Assembly: GCA_963975045.1 (NCBI GenBank)
Contig: CAXBGJ010000001.1
Location: 12,220-76,219, forward strand
Source of the DNA: an uncultured Marinomonas sp.
Lineage (GTDB): Bacteria; Pseudomonadota; Gammaproteobacteria; Pseudomonadales; Marinomonadaceae
Direction of reading: 5' to 3'
DNA: 64,000 nucleotides
Under the pieces are notes generated by a model. That model saw only the letters and a program-made list of their open reading frames with translations. It did no database searches and was not told the origin of the DNA. This document shows positions 59,078 to 64,000 of the stretch, one piece after another (the stretch's first letter is position 1; each line of letters opens with the position of its first letter). The position numbers and the translations under genes are program-made.

Positions 59078-59311
59078 CTCTATCTCAGAATCACTCATGT
59101 TGTACCAATATTGCATACAGTGAATACGGAACATTTTCTAAAATGGGTAAGGCTTTCTATCATTCCCAGACTAAGGATAAAACAGGTCAATAAGAACTTC
59201 TAATTGATCCAAAAACATCAACTCATTCATGCGAGTGAGGAATAGCACTTTGCGTATATTACGTTTTTTTCTGTTAAATTCGCTGCCAGAAAAAGTAAAT
59301 TGATGCGACAT
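59078..59311 (-). pseudogene. IS5-family transposase remnant (N-terminal about 78 codons, two in-frame stops)
   Basis: Not in the ORF track. My translation is MSHQFTFSGSEFNRKKRNIRKVLFLTRMNELMFLDQLEVLIDLFYP*SGNDRKPYPF*KMFRIHCMQYWYNMSDSEIE, collinear with IS5 InsH (MSHQLTFADSEF...[31 protein letters not shown]). Confidence 0.88.
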
Positions 59312-59347
59312 TCTTGAGGCTCGATTTAGAAAAATCAGATTGCTGAA

Positions 59348-59640
59348 TTAAAGGAAATTACTCGCATGCTCCCTAGATCTATGGATTAATGAACCTAGCA
59401 AGATTGCCATCTTGCGCAACGATAAAGCATGTCTCGCGATATCTTCTATGATATTGCATTCTTTTGAGGCATTACCCAGTTCTTCAGAGAGACAGAGCAA
59501 CCCTGCTTTATGTTTAGTGAGTGGATTGTTGACATGCAACATAGAGAGTTACCTTTGAGATAGATTGAAGATTCAATACCTTCATCAAAACGGGTAACCC
59601 TCTACCTTTCAAGTAGAATTGTCGGATCAAGTCAAGACTA
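59348..59640 (-). mobile_element. IS481-family remnant: left-end region, 5' hairpin and frameshifted transposase N-terminus
   Basis: MLHVNNPLTKHKAGLLCLSEELGNASKEC matches gammaproteobacterial IS481 transposase starts. An adjacent frame then gives SRDMLYR (cf. SRDTFYR), showing a frameshift. A 12-bp stem with one mismatch (59542-59553 / 59593-59604) lies upstream of the ATG. Confidence 0.8.
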
Positions 59641-59647
59641 ATATTAT

Positions 59648-60001
59648 TTAAGATAGATAACTGTGTACTCTTTTTTTATAAGCAACCGCGTTCATATCTC
59701 GAACATCAATACTAATACTATTTACGTCTTTCAATTCAGTCGATAGCTTTTCACGTACTAAAATAGCAAGAGCTTCTTTATTTTCATCACTACGCCCTTC
59801 TAAAAGCGATACGGTTAAATGCATAAAAGTCTCGCCTTTTTTTGATAGCTTAAAATGATCAAAAGGAATGGCTCTGATTTTAATATCATCAGGCTGCATC
59901 AGACCACTCTGACAAGCCGCATTAAAAATGGCCTCCATTATTTCATTCATATCTACCGTATCCTCAATGCACCTAGAATACTCAATTACAAAATGCGGCA
60001 T
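59648..60001 (-). CDS. 5-carboxymethyl-2-hydroxymuconate isomerase-like protein (tautomerase superfamily)
   Basis: N-terminal catalytic Pro (MPHFVIEYS), DIKIRA, FMHLTVSLLEGRS and ISIDVRDM...YKK. Confidence 0.85.
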   Translation of the reverse strand: MPHFVIEYSRCIEDTVDMNEIMEAIFNAACQSGLMQPDDIKIRAIPFDHFKLSKKGETFMHLTVSLLEGRSDENKEALAILVREKLSTELKDVNSISIDVRDMNAVAYKKRVHSYLS

Positions 60002-60013
60002 ATGACTTACTTC

Positions 60014-61465
60014 CTAGAATAAATTTAGGTATTCACGCTCTTCCCACTCGGAAACGGTCGTAAGATAGCGATCCCATTCCGCTTGTTTGATAGTGGCATA
60101 ATAGCGAACAAAGTTAGGACTAATTTTATCCGAGTAAAAAGAGCCAGAGGTAAAGGCAGTTAATGCCTCCTGTAAACAAGTAGGTAACCTTTTTGCATCA
60201 CTGGTTAGCAGGTTAGATACCGGTTCAGGAGCACTAAGATTTCGTTCTAACCCATCCATCCCGCTCAATATTTGGGACGCTATATATAAGTAAGGGTTGG
60301 CGGCAGGTTCACCTACTCTGTTTTCAATTCTACTGGCTTTGTCACCTGGTTTAGCAAGGCAGCGAATCATTGCACCACGGTTATCTCGGCCCCATTGAAT
60401 ACGGTCAGGAGCTAACGTAAGTGGTCTATAACGTTTATAACCATTCACGGTAGGCGTAGAAAAAATACAACTTTCCTCTGCGTGCTCAAGCACGCCAGCA
60501 ATCCAGTTTTTTCCTATAGGAGAAATAGCCTCACCTTCTTTAGGAATAAAAACATTTTCTCCCGTCTTGATATCGACAACAGACTGATGCAGATGCCAAC
60601 CACTCGCGATAGATTCTTTAAAGCGAGGGCGACACATAAAGGTCGCATGGAAGCCATTTCGACGACAAACCTGCTTTACCATTGAGCGAAACAAAATCAT
60701 ATTATCGGCCTGCTCTAGAGCTGGCCTAGGGTCAAAAGTCACTTCAACCTGACTTGGGCCAAATTCAACCTCTAATGTGCGAATCGGCAAACCTAACCCT
60801 TGAGCATTACGACGAATCAAATCGAACACATGCTCCATTTGATCATAACAATCTTCGGTCAAATATTGATAACCCGTTGAAATCTGCTCAAGCTCAGGTA
60901 AGTGCTGTGGCATTCCCATCGCATTAGGCTGTACGGGTGTTTCTATCTTTTTAAACACATGAAACTCAACTTCTAAACCCGCAATAAACTCTAGGCCGGT
61001 ATCGTTAAGTTTGCGCTGCGCTTTTTGCAATACAGATCGCGTCGAGAATTCCAAAGGATTGCCATTGCTGTAATACAAGTCAGCAAGTACCCATGCACTA
61101 TGAGGCGCCCAAGGCAGAATTTTTAACGTGGATGGGTCAGGAAGCATAAGCACATCACTCGCGCCAGTCATCGTGCCCTCACCAAACCCAGCATCACTTT
61201 CCCAAACAGGGAACACAGTATTATGAGAGGTGTCTTTCAATAACATCGTCGATGTCATGGCAATACCGCTTTCAAAAGCAGACTTCAATGCATCAACAAC
61301 AATTGTTTTTCCTCTCAACACACCATGCTGATCGACAAAAGAAACACGTACAACTTCAATGCCTTTTTCCACCATAAGCGCTAAAGATTTCGCCCTGTCT
61401 AAATACTGCTGATTTGTCCATAAATCATATCGTTTCGCAAACTCTACTTCGTTTCCATTTGACAT
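60014..61465 (-). CDS. Glutamine-synthetase-like ligase (probable gamma-glutamylating enzyme, not housekeeping GlnA)
   Basis: DQHGVLRGK, GLEVEF, EVEFGPSQVE, GWHLHQS, NGYKR, WGRDNRGAMIR and RIENRVGEPAANPYL. It sits in an oxygenase operon and has an extended N-terminus. Confidence 0.85.
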   Translation of the reverse strand: MSNGNEVEFAKRYDLWTNQQYLDRAKSLALMVEKGIEVVRVSFVDQHGVLRGKTIVVDALKSAFESGIAMTSTMLLKDTSHNTVFPVWESDAGFGEGTMTGASDVLMLPDPSTLKILPWAPHSAWVLADLYYSNGNPLEFSTRSVLQKAQRKLNDTGLEFIAGLEVEFHVFKKIETPVQPNAMGMPQHLPELEQISTGYQYLTEDCYDQMEHVFDLIRRNAQGLGLPIRTLEVEFGPSQVEVTFDPRPALEQADNMILFRSMVKQVCRRNGFHATFMCRPRFKESIASGWHLHQSVVDIKTGENVFIPKEGEAISPIGKNWIAGVLEHAEESCIFSTPTVNGYKRYRPLTLAPDRIQWGRDNRGAMIRCLAKPGDKASRIENRVGEPAANPYLYIASQILSGMDGLERNLSAPEPVSNLLTSDAKRLPTCLQEALTAFTSGSFYSDKISPNFVRYYATIKQAEWDRYLTTVSEWEEREYLNLF

Positions 61466-61489
61466 TTTAACTACCTCAAATCAGCGTTT

Positions 61490-62812
61490 TTATAGATCAG
61501 CATCCCACGTACAAGCTTGTCTTCTGCTTTTATCTCGTTCAGGCCAAGATGACTCCCAACTGTCTGTCGGAGCAACCGCATCCACAGCAACAGGGCCTTT
61601 GATCGTTTTAGCCACGGCTTCGCTCACATGTAAAGGCAACTCACTTCTATCACCACCTTCCGCGACCAATTTCATCGCTTTGATCAATTTTCGACGATGC
61701 TTAATAATAGCTTTATCTGTTGTCCCGAGGTGTTCATGCCTTCTGTCTTGAATCGGTCCCATAGACTCACACGCCCACTGATCATGGACATTAATATCCA
61801 TCCCTAAACCAGTCCAAGTCTCATTTTCTTGCTCTGCCCTACTATATCCGTATTCATTACTTTTATTACGGACAGGGGCGTAGTCAGGAAGGGTGTGTTC
61901 TTTTAAGCGCTGATCTCTCATTTTTTCTTTATCAACAGGGCTACCAAAACTGGTAAACATAGAAACCCAATACGATGTTTCGTCATCAACGGGAACATGC
62001 CACTGCGTAATATTCATTTCATTCGACATAGGGATTGTGATGGCGCAAGGAAAAACTTGATTCGTTACACGAACATGGGTCTGACCGTTTTGCAAATCTC
62101 TCAGTGCTATAATACGCATACCAAAATCAGTATCTTCTACCTCAATGACAGGCCTATCAAATTCACGCAATACTTTTGTAATAGGTAAATTTGTATCCGC
62201 TGCATTATCTCGAAACTGTTTACCATATTGATCTTTTGGATCTTCATCTTTTAAGAAACGATGTAAAAAAGAGGCATGCGCAGGGTCAATACCCACTTCT
62301 AATGCCTGTAACCAGTTACACTCCCAAAGCCCTTTAAAAGCAAAAACATGAGATTCAGGCGCTTTAAAGCAATCAAAATCAGGGAACGCGGGTGGAACAT
62401 CATCTCCAAGATAGGCAAATATCAGACCATTTATTTCTTTTAGAGGATAAGACCTGATTTTAATTTTTTTACACATTTTAGAGTCTTCAGGCTCTGCTGG
62501 TTGATTAATGCACTGACCTGTTTCATCAAACTTCCAACCATGGAACGGACAACGAATACCGTCATCCTCAATACGACCAAATGTCATATCGGCACCACGA
62601 TGCGGACAATGACGTGCCATAAGAACCAGATTCCCTTTTAAATCTCTATAAAGTGCTAACTTTTCACCCAAAACATTGACTGGAATAACGGGGCGGTCAC
62701 CCTCAAGCTCTTCAGAAAGCGCAACTGGCATCCAATATTGACGAAGCATATTGCCACCTAACGTTCCAGCGCCAACTTGTGTAAGTTCATTATTCTTATC
62801 TTGACTCATCAT
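61490..62812 (-). CDS. Rieske non-heme iron oxygenase, phthalate 4,5-dioxygenase / LigX-like alpha-only type
   Basis: Rieske motifs CPHRG and CPFHGW, mononuclear iron motif DPAHASFLH, and distal DQWACES. Confidence 0.88.
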   Translation of the reverse strand: MMSQDKNNELTQVGAGTLGGNMLRQYWMPVALSEELEGDRPVIPVNVLGEKLALYRDLKGNLVLMARHCPHRGADMTFGRIEDDGIRCPFHGWKFDETGQCINQPAEPEDSKMCKKIKIRSYPLKEINGLIFAYLGDDVPPAFPDFDCFKAPESHVFAFKGLWECNWLQALEVGIDPAHASFLHRFLKDEDPKDQYGKQFRDNAADTNLPITKVLREFDRPVIEVEDTDFGMRIIALRDLQNGQTHVRVTNQVFPCAITIPMSNEMNITQWHVPVDDETSYWVSMFTSFGSPVDKEKMRDQRLKEHTLPDYAPVRNKSNEYGYSRAEQENETWTGLGMDINVHDQWACESMGPIQDRRHEHLGTTDKAIIKHRRKLIKAMKLVAEGGDRSELPLHVSEAVAKTIKGPVAVDAVAPTDSWESSWPERDKSRRQACTWDADL

Positions 62813-62863
62813 AATAAATTTGCCTTTTGTCTAAATATATTTGTTGTAGATCGTCCGTCTTAT

Positions 62864-64000
62864 TTATAAGAAATCTTTTAATTTAATCGACGGCTGTTTG
62901 GCTAACTCTTTTGATATCTTCGCGTTTTTCGATACGAGTTTCCGAGCAGCTATATGATCAGCTGCACTATTAATAGAGTCGACTCTGACTAAATTTTCCC
63001 CTTGGAAATACAGTAAAGAAAATTTATTTGAAGCGATCTCGCCTCGACAAATAAGATCATCGTATTCGAGCTCTGTACCAACCATTTGGAGTTTTAAATC
63101 AAGTTGATCTGACCAAAACCAAGGAGCAACTCTTTCAGGTAAAACAGCGCCAGTAAGACGAGCAGCAATTGTTTTAGCCTGATCAACGGCGGTTTGTACT
63201 GATTCAATGCGAGAAGCGGCACCTTTGCCCGATTGCTTCCATACAGAACAGTCGCCACATGCTGAAATACTAGGATCCGAGGTTACACAGGATTCATCAA
63301 CCACAATGCCATCGTTACATATCAAACCAATTGATCGAGCCAGCTCATCACTCACCGTTGTGCCAATACCTACCACAACCGCGTCGGCGTGTAGCACTTG
63401 CCCATCGTCTAAATGCACAATGACACTAGAGCCTTGATCCTTTTCTATTTTCACTATTTGTGAATTGAATAAAAAATTAGACCCTGACGCTTCGTGCTTC
63501 TTAATCAAAAAATCAGACATCACCGGAGGAAAGAGCCGTGAAAGTAAGCGCTCTCCCCTCACAATGACAGTGGACTTTATTCCTAGCTTCACTAGTGTTG
63601 AGGCGACTTCTAAGCCAATAAAACCGGCTCCAGCTACCACAACACTCTTCGATGAAAGAAAGGCTTCTTTTAAACGCAAAGCATCTTCAATAGAGCGAAT
63701 ACAAATAACGTTTGGTAAATCTCCCCCAGGTACTGAAAGAGGTTTTGCCAAAGCCCCTGTTGCTATCACTAAATGGTCAAAGTGGTATTCTGTAATGCCG
63801 CTATCTGAACCGCGGCGCTTAACCGTGACCTTTTTATCCGTACGATCGATTGCCTTTACCCACGTATCATTAACGATATCGATTGACTTATCTGCGTAAT
63901 ACGTCGGGCTTCGAAAACTAAGGCTCTCGACGTCTGCCCCACCATATAAAACGGCTTTAGACAAAGGCGGGCGCTGATAGGGATAGGCCGCCTCACCATT
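62864..64000 (-). CDS. FAD/NAD(P)-dependent ferredoxin reductase (GR type), 5'-truncated by the window edge
   Basis: The frame is open to the window end (NGEAAYPYQRPPLSKA...). Motifs LVIATGA, GAGFIGLE, ISACGDC, RIESVQTA and PWFWSDQ. Confidence 0.9.
   Translation of the reverse strand, partial: NGEAAYPYQRPPLSKAVLYGGADVESLSFRSPTYYADKSIDIVNDTWVKAIDRTDKKVTVKRRGSDSGITEYHFDHLVIATGALAKPLSVPGGDLPNVICIRSIEDALRLKEAFLSSKSVVVAGAGFIGLEVASTLVKLGIKSTVIVRGERLLSRLFPPVMSDFLIKKHEASGSNFLFNSQIVKIEKDQGSSVIVHLDDGQVLHADAVVVGIGTTVSDELARSIGLICNDGIVVDESCVTSDPSISACGDCSVWKQSGKGAASRIESVQTAVDQAKTIAARLTGAVLPERVAPWFWSDQLDLKLQMVGTELEYDDLICRGEIASNKFSLLYFQGENLVRVDSINSAADHIAARKLVSKNAKISKELAKQPSIKLKDFL

Noticed and set aside
649-63899. 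Numerous short ORFs antisense to or nested in long genes (e.g. 649-930, 6775-7074, 47699-48103, 50617-50955, 63465-63899)
   Set aside because: They fully overlap well-supported genes and carry no recognisable motifs; these are typical shadow ORFs.
59648-64000. Rieske/GS operon as tailoring or precursor supply for the NRPS
   Set aside because: It is separated by about 1.65 kb containing IS debris and a separate candidate promoter, and the gene set looks catabolic. Co-orientation alone is not evidence.
1-64000. CRISPR arrays, tRNA/rRNA genes, integrase or att repeats, and a GC shift at the cluster borders
   Set aside because: None was seen by eye. No direct repeat linking the two cluster borders was found. 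A compositional shift cannot be established without computing GC and codon usage.

Overview
The window is dominated by an intact, apparently self-contained hybrid PKS-NRPS lipopeptide gene cluster of about 52.7 kb, all on the minus strand (5299-57991). Gene order in transcription direction: mbtH-like; FAAL-ACP-KS-AT-cMT-KR-ACP; a 6-module NRPS; two 2-module NRPSs (the last ends in a TE); then DUF697, a tiny membrane protein, a PvdE/SyrD-type ABC exporter, an SPFH/prohibitin protein, a type II thioesterase and an Sfp-type PPTase. Reading the A-domain pockets by eye predicts (alpha-methyl-beta-hydroxy acyl)-Ser-X-Ser-D-aromatic?-Ser-D-X-aliphatic-NMeThr-Ile-NMeThr. I do not recognise this product, but I cannot run a database search. 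The most unusual element is module 2: its adenylation domain is full length but eroded beyond function, while the flanking C domains and its carrier domain are intact, and no stand-alone A domain is encoded in the window. Left flank: tctB/tctA transporter genes and an alginate/uronate catabolic locus (A1-R'-like DEH reductase, beta-hydroxyacid dehydrogenase, DgoR-like GntR regulator with repeated operator-like boxes). Right flank: a candidate cluster promoter overlapped by a palindrome, decayed IS5 and IS481 remnants, and an aromatic catabolic operon (ferredoxin reductase, Rieske oxygenase, glutamine-synthetase-like ligase, CHM isomerase-like protein). The host is probably a marine gammaproteobacterium (inference only). 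Domain boundaries are approximate and were set by eye.
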